A stretch of 64,000 nucleotides of DNA from Amphiscolops sp. MND2022. Taxonomy: Eukaryota. Shown piece by piece: positions 1 through 14,491 of this stretch. Positions within the stretch are counted from its first letter, which is position 1. Every line of letters starts with the position of its first letter. Location: contig OZ076409.1 in the NCBI GenBank assembly GCA_964187785.1, positions 15,254,001 to 15,318,000 of the forward strand. The letters are read 5' to 3'. The translations under genes were made by a program, and so were the position numbers. The notes below the pieces were generated by a model, which was given only the letters and a program-made list of their open reading frames with translations, did not search any database and was not told the origin of the DNA.

Positions 1-3000
1 CAGCGCTACTGAATGATATTCCAATGGAATGCAAAGAAGCAGGGTTGCCTGAACCTCTACTGAAAAATCGAGCTGTCAACTGCCTCACATTTGAACAAAA
101 CACAAGACAACCTTATAATGACAATTTATGCTTGTTCAGAGCCTTGTGTTTACACTTGCACGGAAATGAACGACTAGAAGAGGAGACAAACAAACTGTTT
201 AACCTCTATCTCCAAAAGAAAGACGGAATTGAGCCAGCGTCATTTCAAGGTGTTTGCATGGACGATATAGCAACCGTGGAGGCAATTACTGGGATCAATA
301 TTTTTCTTTACGATGTTGACATTGTGGAAGGATCTCTTTTCGATGAGCTGGCTAGAAGGAGTACAGAAGCATCCCGATACTGTTAGGTTGTTACGCTATA
401 ATAGTCACATTTGCTATGTAGCAAACATCCAAGCGCTGTTTAACGCTTTCAGTTGTTGCCCGACGTTTGATTGTTACTTTAATCGTCCAGGCAATCTTGA
501 ACGTCATTTAACTACGTGTCAAGAGAGAGTGAAACAAGTGTATTTAAAAACTGTGTATCAGCTGAAAGAAACATTTTTTGACAAGTTGGATTCCTTCCAT
601 ATGCCTTCCACTGACAAGCAGCAACTGTTTAAGAATGTTGCTTTATTTGATTTCGAGTCAATTTGTGTACGGGAAGATGGCTTCAAAGACACAGAGACAA
701 CAAGATGGATTGGAAAACATGTTCCGATATCTGTATCAATCTCCTCCAACTTATTACAAGAGCCCATTTTTATTTGCAACTCTAACCCGCGTGATCTAGT
801 GTCATCTTTTGTGGATGCCTTGAAAATCTGGCAACTCAGAGCAAAGCTCAGATGCGAATGAGTTTCCTTGAGATAGAAACTGCAATAGAGAGTAGACTCT
901 CACATGTAATGGGACTGTTGAACCAGCGTCGATCGAGGCGAGAAGCTACATTTACATTTGAAGATGAGTGTTGTGAAGCAGAGGAGTCAGAGGGGAAAGA
1001 CGAATCTACACAGGTCCTACATATGCAAAAGAAGCTGTTGATTCAATTGCAGGAACACTTTGAAAGATACTGCATTGTACTGCCAATGTTTGGATTCAAC
1101 AGCGGGAAATATGACATTAACCTGATCAAGAAGTATCTCTTGCCAGTACTCGTGGAGGACAAAGATATTGAGCCTATTGTGATCAAGAAGGCGAACCAGT
1201 ACGTGTCTTTCAAGTGTGGTGATGTTCAATTATTGGACATTTTGAACTTTCTTGGAGGTGCAACTAACCTTGACTCTTTCCATAAGGCATACAAGACAGA
1301 GGAGGCAAAAAGTTTTTTCCCTTATGAATCGTTCGATGACGTGGAGAAACTATCGCTTGATCATTTTTCACCGTATGAATGTTTTTACAGCAAACTGTGC
1401 AATTGTAATCCATTTGAGAAAGAGTATCTGGATTACGAGAAGTTAGTGCAGACTGGTTTGTCACAAGAGTCTGCAATGCAAAAACTACGCTTAACTCGTC
1501 CACCGCTTACGGGAGAGCAAAATTATACGTATCTCGTTGAAGTATGGAAAAGAGAAAAAATGACAACATTTAAGGATTTCTTGCGATGGTACAACAGCAA
1601 AGATGTCATTGCCACACTTGAAGCAATACAGAAGATGATTGATTTTTATCACAAAAAGGAATTGATATGTTAAAATTGGGTTGTACCTTACCAAATTTAG
1701 CAAACATTTGCCTACATAAGTCTACCCGTGCCAAATTCTACCCATTTGCTGAAGCTGACAAGGACTTGCTGGAGAAAATTAGAGAGGATATGGTCGGTGG
1801 TCCCTCTATTGTTTGTACACGCAGAGCTGTAGTGGACAAGACTTTTATCCGCAAATCGCAAAAAGTGCGCAAGTCCATTGTTGGCATTGACGCTAGTCAA
1901 CTCTATCCGTTTTCAATGTGTCAACCCATGCCTACCGGTCTCTACACCCGATACGAATACAATACGACTCTGATTCGCAACAATTCAAGCCTTGTCAAAA
2001 CAAAGCACGCAGCTTTGAAAACATGGTCATGTCTTATTTTCAACGTCTTCGAATGTAAAATTTAGAGCAATATTACTTCCGGAACCCAAAAGAAAATTGA
2101 TTGCTTCAGTGCTGACGGTTTTTGTAGTCACTGCAATACAGTCTTTGAAGCAATGGGTTGCTACTACCATTACTGTCCCTGTCAGGAGACGCGTCCATCT
2201 CTGAGCGACAAAGAAGTAGAGCTCGGTAAAAAACGACGAGAAACGGACAAAATGCGGAGAGAATCCATCGTGGAAAAGGATATAAAATTGTAGAAATGTG
2301 GGAGTGTGAATGGTGGAGGCTCTACAAGACGAAACCCCTTGTCAAGCACCATCTCAGAGATATGTTTCCATACAAGTTACCGCTAAGAGAGGAAGGTTTG
2401 CTGCAACGCATCAAAGATGGAAACTTGTTTCGTTATGTGTAATGCGATACCGAAATGCCGGAACATCTGAGGGAGAAATTTGCAAACTTTCCACCCATTT
2501 TCAAAAAAACAGACGTTAGCAGAAATGACATTGGACCTTTAATGAAAGAGTATGCTGAAAAAAAACAACCATCTTTCTCAACCTCGCCGAATGTTGATAT
2601 CATGTTTCCATCTAAAGAATGGTACTTTGATCACTCCGCTATTTTTATTTTATTTGGATTTGGGACTGGTCTGCACAAAAATATACCGCTTTGTGGAATA
2701 TACTCCAATGAAATGCTTCAACAAGTTTGTGCAGTCAGCAGTGAATGCTAGACGAGAGGGTGATGGAAACCCAAATTCAACTGTTGTTGCAGAGACAATG
2801 AAGCTGCTTGCCAACAGCTCCTATGGTTATCAGATTATGGATAGGAGTCGCCACACAATGACAAAAAAATCTGAACGATGAAAAAACCCATGCAGCAATA
2901 AACAACAAAATGTTTAAACGACTGAATTGAGTAAATAAGAATTATTACGAGGTTGAACTTGCTAAAGCTGAGGTAGAGCATAAAGAACCCATAATTGTAG

Positions 3001-3615
3001 GGTTTTTCATTTTGCAGTAAGCAAAGCTGAGAATGATTGAACTCTACTACAATTTCTTTTAGGAGTTTTGCAATGACGACATGTATGAAGAGATGGAAAT
3101 GGACGCGGACTCACTCTATCTGGCGTTAGCTGAGAACACCTTGTATGATTGTATTCAAGAAGACAAGAAGGAAGTGTGGGAGTTTCTTCGCAGCGAGGAC
3201 TGCAATGACAATTTCGTAGCGGATTCCAGTGGTAACTTTTCCCACGCACGTGCTGTGAAAAGCACAAGAAGCACGACAAGAGAGAGCTAGGTCTTTTTAA
3301 TGAGGATTTCCGCTGCACTGAAATGTTGTGTCTCTGTAGCAAAACGTATTGTTGCTATGATGCAAAGTCGGACAAGTAAAACTTCGGTAGCAAAGGACTG
3401 AACAAGCGTACCATTGAAGACTGTAGCGATGGACCAATGACCAAATATCGAACAGTCCTAGCTGATCAAGATAATGTAACGAGCGCCAACAGAGGTTTCA
3501 GAACTGAAGACCACACTATTGCAACATATGAACAGACAAAAAAGGGACACTATTACTTTTATCCAAAACGAATAGTTGAGGACGATGGACTCCACACATT
3601 TCCCTTAAACCTTTA
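1..3615 (+). pseudogene. Protein-primed family B DNA polymerase (pPolB) of a Polinton/Maverick, frameshifted, 5' end outside window
   Basis: Consecutive ORF fragments carry ExoI FDFES, ExoII FNSGKYD, ExoIII YNSKDV, DMVGGPS, motif A DASQLYP, motif B KLLANSSYG and motif C MDADSLY; many frameshifts and stops; last stop near 3615. Confidence 0.9.
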
Positions 3616-4150
3616 AAAGACAATTTTGTAAAATGATATTTTCTCCTAAGTAGGTGTATTGCATTTATACATTATAATTTAAATTTTCTTCTATTCAGAC
3701 ATGATTTTTTTACTCTACACAGTAGTCAAGTAATTAGCTCAACCTCTTTGGCGGATAAAATATTCCGCAGGCGGATAAAATGTTGCGGAGGCGGGTAAAA
3801 TAATTCCCTCGGGCGGCGGCACCCAAAAATGTAATTTTGCCCAAAATCTCACAGTGCCGAAAATGTCGCACAGTGTCGAAGAACCGTATCACCAATCTTA
3901 AAACACTACCGAAGCTATTGCCTATCTTTATGCATTGAGAACATCTTTATACATTGACAATCACTCGGCTCCATACCTTCGAGTCAGCCAATCAGAATCG
4001 AGCACGATACGAAAAAAATCAAGCCCAAGCGAGTCGTGAGGGTGGAAGACCCTTCTCGGCTCTGGGCTCGAGTCGGCTCGCTATAGCCTATCTTAAAACA
4101 TAGGGTCTTCCACAACCCCCCCCACCTGGTCTGCTCACCATCTTACTACT
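3616..4150. mobile_element. Probable right terminal region of the Polinton
   Basis: Non-coding tract after pPolB with short GCGGATAAAA repeats (3751-3800), ending in ACTACT at 4145-4150 (reverse complement of the AGTAGT Polinton terminus). The other end is outside the window, so TIR and TSD cannot be verified. Confidence 0.5.
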
Positions 4151-4997
4151 AACGTCAAAAGTTCGGATATAGCGTGCTGGGTCACTGCCGCCGCAGGAAT
4201 GTGGCGCAAATTGGAAAAGTGGACCATTCAGTTGTAGAGGTTCATCTGACAACAAAACGTGCCACTGCAATAGTCGGGCACTTTTTTTACGAAAAACAAC
4301 GACTAAAAAGTTGTTCTAGTGGTTTCAGCCGTCAAAATTGTCATGGTTGCAAATCATTCTGGCGCATGGATAACTTGGTAGACTCTGCCGGTTTCCAATC
4401 GGATTGGAAACCGGCAGAGTTGTACCGGAACCCTGGTAGCTGGTAATTTGTCAAATTTTTGATATCTGGCTATCCATGGCCGGTTATTCTACTTGAAAAT
4501 GATTCAGAATTACTAGAATGTTTTTAACGGTGTCGTTGAATAATAAGTAGAACGATTGCCCCGTTCCAGTTGTTTCTGCAGTCCGACTGATTGCATTGCG
4601 CTTTATAATCATCCACCCTTTTACCTGCACGTCTATCCATTGATCTTCAAAAATCAAAAAATCTCAAAAATGTAATATGAGTTCAGGAAGTAAAGACATA
4701 AAGCGAAAGAAATTTAAAAAAATTATTTATAACTATCTTGTATTTGGTTAATTTCCGTTAGAAAAATCTCCGAAATATCTGGTATACGACATCCAGTGAA
4801 TTCTTATCCTGTTACAACCTTTAAATTGACTACGGTTTTCGGTTCTTCTCCAACACCACCCACCATCAAATTTTTTTGAGAGAAATTTACAAAACTTTTC
4901 TGAACTACTTGAATTCGACGTGAATTTTTTCCATAACATGAAATTAACTTCTATTGGAGTAGTTTCTTGTTTGAACAAAATTTTTTCCACCTATTTT

Positions 4998-5256
4998 TGT
5001 AATACGGCGCAAATATCGATATCGAATCTTACGGTGACATTGCCAATCAAACTTGTTTCGATCAAAAAGAATAGTCAAACAATTTTGATTCGAATGATGC
5101 TTTTTGTTAAAAAATACTATGCTACCGTATCGTGCCTTATCTATGTCATTTGATCTACAACATAGATAGACTATAGAGCATTCATTGATAGATTGCTTGC
5201 TAAAGGAAAAGTCTCAGTTCAAACCCGTTTCATTATTCTAACCAAGATATAGAACA
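4998..5256 (+). repeat. Gypsy 5' LTR
   Basis: Diverged direct repeat of 11000-11252, TGTAATACGG...TATAGAACA. Confidence 0.9.
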
Positions 5257-6702
5257 TGGCCCAGTCAGCATTTTAAATCCCCATTGAATTGTACCGAAAC
5301 AAAGAATATGACATCAGAAACGAAACAAATTGATGTACCGAATTTCGAGGCCACATCATACGGAAAACGAATATTCACACCGAAACTACGAAATTGACAT
5401 TAGCGAACTGATACGGGGAGTCGAAATGACACACAACTGTTGGACCGAGAAAGAAACGGAAGTAAAAGAAGATTTCATATGGGGCAGAGGCCCCGAAGCA
5501 TTGTACCAAATGACCCGGGCAGAATACAAAACTGAACAGGATAAAATAGCGGTGAAAGATTTAATCCGTCTCTTTAACGAATACTTCCTACCAAAACGAA
5601 ATTCATATCACAACCGCGGGAGGATTCGTTTGGACAAAACAGACTGAAACCGAAAGATTTCTGAACCAAAGATTTCTGGCGAAGGCTGATAGAAATTGAA
5701 AAAGAACGTGCATTCGAAAGAAATACAGTCGAAGTCTTACTCATTTCAAAATTATTGACCGCAATTACCGTTACAAAACATCGAGACAAACTAATTGAAG
5801 AAAAAAAACTCGAATTGAAGAAAACAATTGAGATGATCAAACAGGACACATACGAAAAGAAAAACCGGAAAAACACAATTCCGGACGCTTTAATTGCAAT
5901 CCGAGAAAAAGAAATAAAAGAAGAACTAATACAAAGAATGGAACGATTGGGAACATGACCAAAAAACAGAATGACAAACGACAAACCTTGCAAGTTTTTC
6001 AACGCACAGAATTAGAACCCAACACACAAATATCCGGCATTGGAAAAGGACACTTTGCTGGAGTAGATAGACATAAAATCTACAAACGCAAAGTGCAAAA
6101 TGTAACCGGAGAAGAAACAACAGTAATTGGCGGAGAATCCGACGAATGAGAGTCGAGTATCTACAGAATTGAAAAGAGCAATAGTTATACCGACTGAAAC
6201 AAACACCTGACAGCGAAAGTTAAAGTGAACGGAATTGAAAAAGAACTCATAGTAGACACCGGAGCACCGATTTCAATAATGCCGGCAGACGAATATATAC
6301 TAAAGAAAACAAAAATCCAGAAAGTGAAACATCGTTACCAAGATGTAAACAAAAACGAAGTGAAATTCTGAGGACAAATACCAACGGACATTGAATACGA
6401 GAACAACAAACAGAAAATTCAAATAATATCACCGAAAGAGATGACATAACACCACTACTGAAAATGGACCGGATGAAGAAAAATAATTTAAGGATAAGAA
6501 ACATCCGAACAGACAAAAACAACCAATCAGGAAGAAACGAGTGATTGAAAAGTTCCCGGACTTATCCAAGAATAACACAACAAAAAAAGAGACCGAAATA
6601 TATATCAAATTGAAACCCGGACACTATCCGGTGAAACAGAAAGGAAGACCCATCCCACTACACTTTCAAGAAGAAGTCGGTAGAGAATTGGAGAAACTAA
6701 TA

Positions 6703-7246
6703 ACAAGCCGGGAACGGCCCAAGTCGGCGCCATATCTAAGGCTCAAAAATAGCAAAAGGACTTCAATGTGTCAGGTATTCTCTTCTACAAAACCCACGTG
6801 AGAAAAACTAGAAAAAAAATTATATTTTTTTTTTGAAATTTTTTTTGATTTTTTTTGGTCCTCGGTAAGTCGCATAGTGCCGACAAATGTAAAAGGGGGC
6901 ATTTGGGAGTTTTTGAACATCCATTTTTGGAAAAATGGGGAAAAAATGAAGGGGGACCCTCTGGAGACATTAAAAAAATTTGCGAAAAAAAGTCTCACAA
7001 AGCCGAAAACAAACCTGCACAAAAAAATTTTGGTCATAGCGGGACTCGAACCCATGTCATTTTGCTTGTCAGACCTCGAAAAAGCCGTAGTGGCCAAGTG
7101 GCAGTGAAGTAGTGTGGCACAGTTTAGTGTTAGTGCCGGTTTAGTTGCCAACTTATAAAATTTATAAAATCTGTCAGTTCGTTGGTCTTAAAAAAAAAGA
7201 AGTCACTACTATAGTCTGCGTTTTTCTTCGAAAAGCGCCGACTAAA
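6703..7246 (-). mobile_element. Non-autonomous Helentron-type element (HINE/DINE-like) nested in Gypsy pol
   Basis: Subterminal inverted repeats AGTCGGCGC / GCGCCGACT; terminal hairpin GCCG-GGAA-CGGC; no TSD; inserted in an A-run (TT on the element strand), splitting pol ELEKLI|KIGHPEK; internal tRNA-like B-box segment at ~7033-7086. Confidence 0.7.
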
Positions 7247-10200
7247 AATCGGACATCCAGAAAAAGTAAAACATGTGAATGAAGATGGTTTTGTTTGTCC
7301 GGTAGTAATCACCGTGAAAATTGATAAATTGATAAAATTTGCACTAGATTCAAGGAAATTAAATGACAGCTGCATAAAAGTTAGACCCCATTTGCTGAAC
7401 ATGGAGGAATTGTTGAACCATATTTCGGTAGAGATTACACGAGACCGAAGAAAAGAACTGACGATATCGAAAATTGATCTAGACTACGCATATGGTTAAC
7501 TGAAACTATCACAAGAAACTAGCCGACAATGCGGATTTGCATTAACCGAGGATGATATTACCAACTCAAGAAGGGATTTTACGGTCTTGCTGATATCCCA
7601 ACAATCTTTCAAGAAAAATTGACCAACTTTAAAATATTCCACACCGGCTTGGTTGGACGACATAGTAGTAGTCACGCGAGGAGACCGAACAGAACATGAG
7701 AAAAAATTATTTGATGTCCTGAAAAACTAGAAGATCCAGGAAAACGAGCAAGCCAAAGGAAATCCGAATTCTTCGTAAACAAAACCAAATGGCTTGGACA
7801 TGAAATTGATAAACGGGGATTAAACTGAACACAGGGAAAATGAAAGCAATACTGGACTTGAAACACCCAGAAAATCAAAAACAACTGAAATCATTTCTCG
7901 GTCCGATACAATACCTCGCAAAGTTTATACCTAGATTATCGGAAAGTACCGAAAGATTGTTAGAGAAAGACTCTAAATGGAATTGTGGAAAAGAACAAAG
8001 GGAAGTTTCAATAACATAAAAAAAACTGTTGACCGAAGAACTTTGCTTAGCCCACTGCGCATAAGACAGAGATAACCTTGTAATAACTAGAACATTGGAA
8101 CTAGAAATATTGGCAGTTGTGTGGGGCTTACAAAATTTTCGATTTTACTTATACAGTAAGAAAGTCTTTTTATACAAGAGACCACCAAGCACTTGAACCA
8201 TTGATTAAAAGAAACCGGTGCAACCGGTGGTATAGCGCAATACTAACTAGATTGTTAGAACGACGGGTGCACTTTGATATAGCTATACAACACATCGCCG
8301 GTAGCAATTTTAAGTTTACCGATTTCTTGAGTAGAAAACCGGTTGAAAACGCAGCGATCGAAGACGTATACGCTGAGCAACACGTAATTAACCTTTTCTC
8401 AGAACAAGCCAAAAATAAACATCAAATACGGATCACTATTCGTTGACCAATCACAAAACGCATCTGAAAGAAATAAAATAAACGACACAAAAGGTGATAA
8501 CCAATCAAAACACAATAGACATTCGAGACGAACCGAGACGTGAACAAAAAGTGCGGTCAACCGAAACTTGCATCGAACAATCGCGGAGAAAAGTTCAAAC
8601 CGGAAAGTAAAGTCCAAAATGTAAAGTCAAACCAAACTTCATATACAAATTCAAAATATTTGCCATCATTTAAAAAAGATATGGACGGATATTACTTCTA
8701 CTGGTGCACAAGTGCCGAGATCATGGAGATCATCAGACGGAGAAGAAAGAGCCCAGAAATCCTCAGGCTAGTGGAAAGGAGATTGGAAATATCGAGACCA
8801 TGCACAATGCGCCGAAAAATCGACAAAAATGCGCAACGGCAAATTTGGGTCCCATCCAGACCGAACAAGAGAAGCAGAGAAATCGCCGAGATTGACGGCA
8901 AATTGCTCTCACTGGCAAACCGATTTGGTGGAAGATACCTCCCATTAGATGACGGAATAGCGGAAGAAGATGATCTCGACAACAATAACAACCAACAACA
9001 ACTGGAAGTCATAGAAGAAGAAAATGAACCGGACAGCGAAGGCGAAAGCCAGATAATTCGGGTAGACAACTTCCAAATCGTGGTTTTTAAGGCCTACAAC
9101 ACGAAAGGACGAGAAACTCAGTTTATACAAATAAACCAAGTAACCGACAAGTAAACCAAAAGACAAAAAAAGCCACAGATGATGTGATCAAGAAGGCCAA
9201 ATTCAACTTCATGGTCGACCTAAAAAACACTACTTGCGAAATCCACTACAAATGCTGAACTGAATCGAGTCAGAGACGCAATGAGACGAGCAGAAAAAAA
9301 TACAGCCCCAGAATTTTACCAACCAGCTTTCGAAAAGCTATCAAACAAGTGGGGACTAACATTCAACGAAGACCGCATAATCGTATCGGCTGAACTAAGG
9401 AAGAACCTACTTGATACATTGCAATTCGGACATGCCGGAGCTACAAAGATGTTAACCGAAGCCAAAATATTCTTGTGGCCAAACATGTCAGAGACTGAGA
9501 TTGAGGACAGAACCAAAAAATGTATGGTCTGCATGGCTTCGGGTAAGAATCTAAATTACTAACTACCAAAAAATAACTTCGGAAAACTGAAAACATTAGC
9601 GGAACCGGGACAAGAAATTCAAATCGATTTTTCCCGGGAAAATTAAACCTCGAAAAACTAAACGGAGAACAAATACTAATCGTTATCGATAGATTTAGCA
9701 AATGGCCAACTATAAAGATTTGTCGGAAATCATCGGAAACGAAAGATGTGTTGAACTTCTCAAAACAAATTTTTAATTTATACGGACTCCCGGAAAAAAT
9801 TAAAAGTGACGAAGGCGGAGCACTCTTTTTCAAAGAGTATAAAGACTTCTCCAAATCGAAAAGTTTTGAAATCGAATATAGTACACCGAGACTACATACC
9901 GGTACGGGAGTAGTAGAACGTGCGATACAAAAGTTGAAGAAATTAATAATTGCTAACATGGAAGACAATTGATTGTTGACCGAAGGTGTAAATAGAGCAT
10001 TAAACGTAATGCGATTTACAATACATACGGGACTAAAGATCACACCGTTTGAGTTATATCACTGTCGAAAACCAAGAACCGAATTCACAAATGTAATAAG
10101 GACCGGATCATTTCTTTTCAATCGGTCGGAAATGTTCATTTCAGCAAAGAACCGACCGAAGATACCAATCTACCTCTTCAGAAAGGGAGACAGGGAGTTA

Positions 10201-10999
10201 TCAAACCACATTGTAATGGCCAGTACAAAAATGGAAGAAAAGGCCTTAGCCGAAAATTCACCGAAAAAGAGAAGTTCGGTTAGTAATTATCCCTTTCAAT
10301 TCTCCGAAAAAACGAATAACAAGAAACCACTCGAAGGTAGATTTCAGAAAAATTTACAAATGGCAGTAAAAGGTACGGAACACACCGAAACCACCGATAC
10401 TGGAAAAATAAATCACCGAAAATTTGTTTCGGGTCCAATTATATTTTAGAAAGAGCAAAAAGCAACACTAAATATGGGAAACACAATAATCACAAAGAAC
10501 CGACCTTGCCTCTAGGGGTGGACGGAAAGTACACTCAATGGAACGAAATTCTAAGAAATGTACTGAACGGCAAGCTGAAAATTGTTCGAAATGAAAGAAC
10601 GGGATCTGACTGCGAAAGCGAGAAAGGAGAAATAGAAGACGAAGAAAGTGAGTTTGAGAATCATGACACATCCGAACGTGACGGCTGCTACCGTCCAATC
10701 GCAACATCCCCCGAAGACGAGCTAAATCTCCACACAGATTGCGAGTTAAATACGGGTGAGGTTAAAACAGTAAATATAATATCCGACAAAAAAATTAGAC
10801 GCTCAAATCGCGGAAACAAACAACCGTTTAGATACGGGGGGGGGGTTACATATACCCGAAATTTTTGGGTATGAATTATTAGACTTAAAATGTTACAGGT
10901 GACAAACGGAACAATAGAAAAGGAACTCCACAGCCACAAGGAAAACACCAACGCCGGAACGTCAAGAATGTAAATCGAGGGGAGCCCAGAAAGGGGGAA

Positions 11000-11252
11000 T
11001 GTAATACGGTGCAAATACTGAATCTTACAGTGACATTGCCAATCAAACTTGTTTCGATCAAAACCACTAGTCAAACAATTTAGATTCAAATGATACTTTT
11101 TGTTTGTAAATACCATACTACCGTATTGTGCCCTATTTATATCATTTGATCTACAACATAAATAGACTATAGAGCGTTAATTGATAGATTGCATGCTAGA
11201 GAAAAAGTCTCAGTTCAAACCCGTTTCATTATTCTAACCAAGATATAGAACA
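11000..11252 (+). repeat. Gypsy 3' LTR
   Basis: Direct repeat of 4998-5256, preceded by a polypurine tract. Confidence 0.9.
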
Positions 11253-13451
11253 ATTTCGACGGTGTTTATGTTGAAAATTAACTGTTTTTTTTTGTGATTC
11301 AAAACAGGAAGCTGTTGAATTTTCAACACGAATGCGTGACTTCATAAGGAAAGAAACCGTGAACAAAGTTTGTATCTCAATTCTAAACTGTCATCCTGAG
11401 AATAAATATAAAAATAAAGGTTTCTAATATAGTCCTAAGTCTTTTTATTCTAATATTTTAACAATATTTTTTCAAAACCAAATAGGTGGTGGGGGAAAAT
11501 GGAAAAGAACCCGCTTTTGAGCTACATAATTTCCAGTAACCTTAAGGAATGACAAAACGAAAACCCTGAATTGAACTCAGCAAAAACTATTTGTTGTACA
11601 AGAAGGTTGCCCATTATACAAGCACGTGCCAAATTTTGATAATACATTTGAGGAGAAACTTATCTAGTTTCAATGTTGCTTGGCTGCATTAGGTGAAGCT
11701 CAAAAGATGAAAAAGAAGAAATTGCTTGGAACTCGCAATTCGGTTAATCAAGAGCAAACTGATCCTGATACGAATCGGCCCATCACTGCTTCGACTTCTC
11801 GGAATGGTTGAGATTCCCGAGTTCGATATTGTCAGATGAAACTGATGCTGAAATTGAAATAAAAACTCAACTTAATTCTAAGGCTATCTGAATTTCGAAG
11901 TGATTTCTGGTTCTTAGCAACTTATAATCATGAAAAACTTTCAAAATAACGTTAACAAGTTCAGAAATATTGCAAACTTCTTTTCAAAATTCACATGGAC
12001 CGAAAAATATAACCTCGGGTGTTTTTCACAACCAACTAAATGGCATTTTAAAATCAATTGGGCAACATTGTCTAGAATATTTAAAATTTTAAACGTCTGA
12101 ACCTCAGAGCTAGAACATCATAGAATCGTTCATTCCGTTAGAATGAAAATATCAAAGTTCGGTCCATAAAACATAGAAGTATGCAGGATTTCAAGCGAAA
12201 AGTTTTTCTGTCAAACGAAAGAATTATACACTCTTTTTGAGGATCTCAATCCTACATACGAAGCGAACTCCAACTCATCGCCTGACTATGCTGTGACGTC
12301 ATTCCGTGAAGCCAGAGCGAAATCCTTAGATGCCATCAAAAGAGCTACTCATGAGAACTCAACCATTGTGTCCAACGAAGAAACTCTCGTGTCTAATACA
12401 TTGAGGTACTGAAAAGCTCAAGTCATCAAATGTAAACGAAAGAGACCCAATGCCAATAATTACTTGAGTTTCACGGACTTTCTTTAGCTGCAAATCAGTA
12501 ATACTTCTCCCTAAAACTTTTCGTCAAGCGACGTGCCACTACTTGAACAGCGGGAAATTGGTGTGATTCTATCTAGGAAACTTTCTGAATCTCAAACATA
12601 TTCTGTTGAATTTTTTTTATAAACTGAAGGCTAAAAAAGGTGATTTTGTGAGTTTTTTGAACGGAAATGACTTTGGCTTTGTGGCGTGCTATTAGTGTAT
12701 CCCAGAGCCTAGAACGACAAATCAAGATTGTCCGAGTCTGGGGAGATCCGAACAATGAGAAAAAGCAACTCATTAAAAAACAATGACGTATGAGTTAACG
12801 ACACCAGAAAAGCCAATTCAAAAGAGAATACGTCAGATGAATTCTAGAATATAGTTGGAGATACTTTGGAGAAATTGGCAAGTCCGATGTTGCGGAATTT
12901 TGACCCATTAGAACTTTTGAGGAAGTGTTGTGAAGAATTTAGGAACGAGTTCAATGTTTCCGATGGTTCTCAAGTTTTCTTTCATGATCTAACGTTATTA
13001 ATATCATTTTGTCGGCCCCGTTTTATACTTATAATAACTAAGTTATAATAAAAACCATTTTTTTTTAGAAAACTGAATTCAAATTAATTGAACACTTGAA
13101 TACGAGTAGGTCACCTAAGCATGACTTATGTCTGAAAAATCAGTTGCGTGAAAAATTAATGAACATTCGTTTTTCTAGCAAAAACCAGGGTATTATTGAA
13201 CTCCCAAAAGTTATTACATGGATCTTGGCCAAGCGAAAGTAGCAATTGAGCATTTTAAGGACTTGCGCTATTAGATGCTATGTTTCCAACACAAAATAAC
13301 CTACAAACTGCAGAAAAACGTTTTTTTTCCCATTTTGTCTGTTCAATTTTTCAGCCATCGTTTCAGAATTATGAAGAAAAAAAGCCGATCAAATTAAGGA
13401 TCAATTTTATATGAAATTGGGCTTTGTGACTTTCAACTTTTTAATTGACAG

Positions 13452-14491
13452 TGTCGCGATTTTGTTCGCTATTATTAGAGTCTGTTGAACTCTCTCTAGA
13501 CCTCATTCTACTATTTTCCTGTGTAAAACAAGTTCTGGGACGATTTTCCCACGATTTCTGAGGATTTCCTACTTCGGCGTTCCGTTGTAGCCCACTGGAC
13601 CTCCGGTCCCTTATGGTGAAATCGGTTGACCTTGGGCTAGGATGTAGCCCGTTGGACCCTCGGTCCACCGTAGTGAAATTAGGTCTCCCCTGCATTTCTA
13701 GTGTATTTTGGATAGAAGGAAGCACTGTCTTTGTTATTGCGGCTGTGATAGCTTCCTGGATTTGAGAATTCAGGCTGGTTTTGACCTCATTGAGTTTTAT
13801 AGACACTTGATTGGAAATTTCTTCGTTTATCAACCTAGTGGTCTCAATTGCAATTTCGCTGTTTTCTCTACTATTGGAATTAAGCAAAGATCTAAAATCT
13901 TCTCCTATAACGTTTGAACTTTGTTGTGGTCTACTAGACCCTGAGTCCAAATTCACTTCATTTTCGCTAATATTATTTTCTTCATCATCTCTAGAGTAGC
14001 TTCCAAGCATTACGTCAGCATTTTCTACATCGAACAGCATGTCTAACTGTCTAGAACGTCTTTCTTTAGCCTTTTGCTTTCTTGTTGAAGGCATTGAAGA
14101 AAATAAACACAACAACAATGAATGGACAGAACAAACTAAAGTTAATATGGTTGGTGAATGAAATGTACAGATTGTACTGAAAGTAAAATTGTGATCGCAA
14201 CTGATGCAGTTTGAATTGGATTGTGACTTCAAGTTGAGTTTCCAAAGAATGGTCCCTCTGGACTCCTGGGCCTTGTTATAAATACCCTATTCTGCATGAC
14301 AAGCAAATTTACAGGCATCATGATACTAAATATAAACATGACAAACTAAAAATAGTAACAAACATGGTTCCGTCAGCATGACGTCAATACATCAAAGAGC
14401 AAGATGGGGGGGTTTGGCGGTTATGCCGACAAAGTGAGAAAATGTTTATAGTGACCTGTAAGTACATTCAGGGTTAATCTACAACACTACA
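13452..14491 (-). mobile_element. Probable solo LTR or retroelement 5' fragment containing a 263-aa ORF
   Basis: TGT...ACA ends; ORF 13441-14232 (MPSTRKQKAKERRSRQ..., coiled-coil-like and low complexity); no matching TSD seen. Confidence 0.4.

Larger units (their letters stand above)
4998..11252 (+). mobile_element. Degenerate Ty3/Gypsy LTR retrotransposon
   Basis: LTRs TG..CA at 4998-5256 and 11000-11252; PBS-like TGGCCCAGTCAGC at 5257; PPT AGAAAGGGGGAA before 11000; flanks ATTTT/ATTTC. Domain order gag, protease (IVDTGA ~6250), RT (IDLDYAYG, WLDD ~7650), RNase H (DHQAL), integrase (KSDEGG, GVVERAIQ). Confidence 0.92.

Noticed and set aside
11300..13100. Possible transposase remnant
   Set aside because: Coding-like composition but no diagnostic motif or terminal repeats identified.
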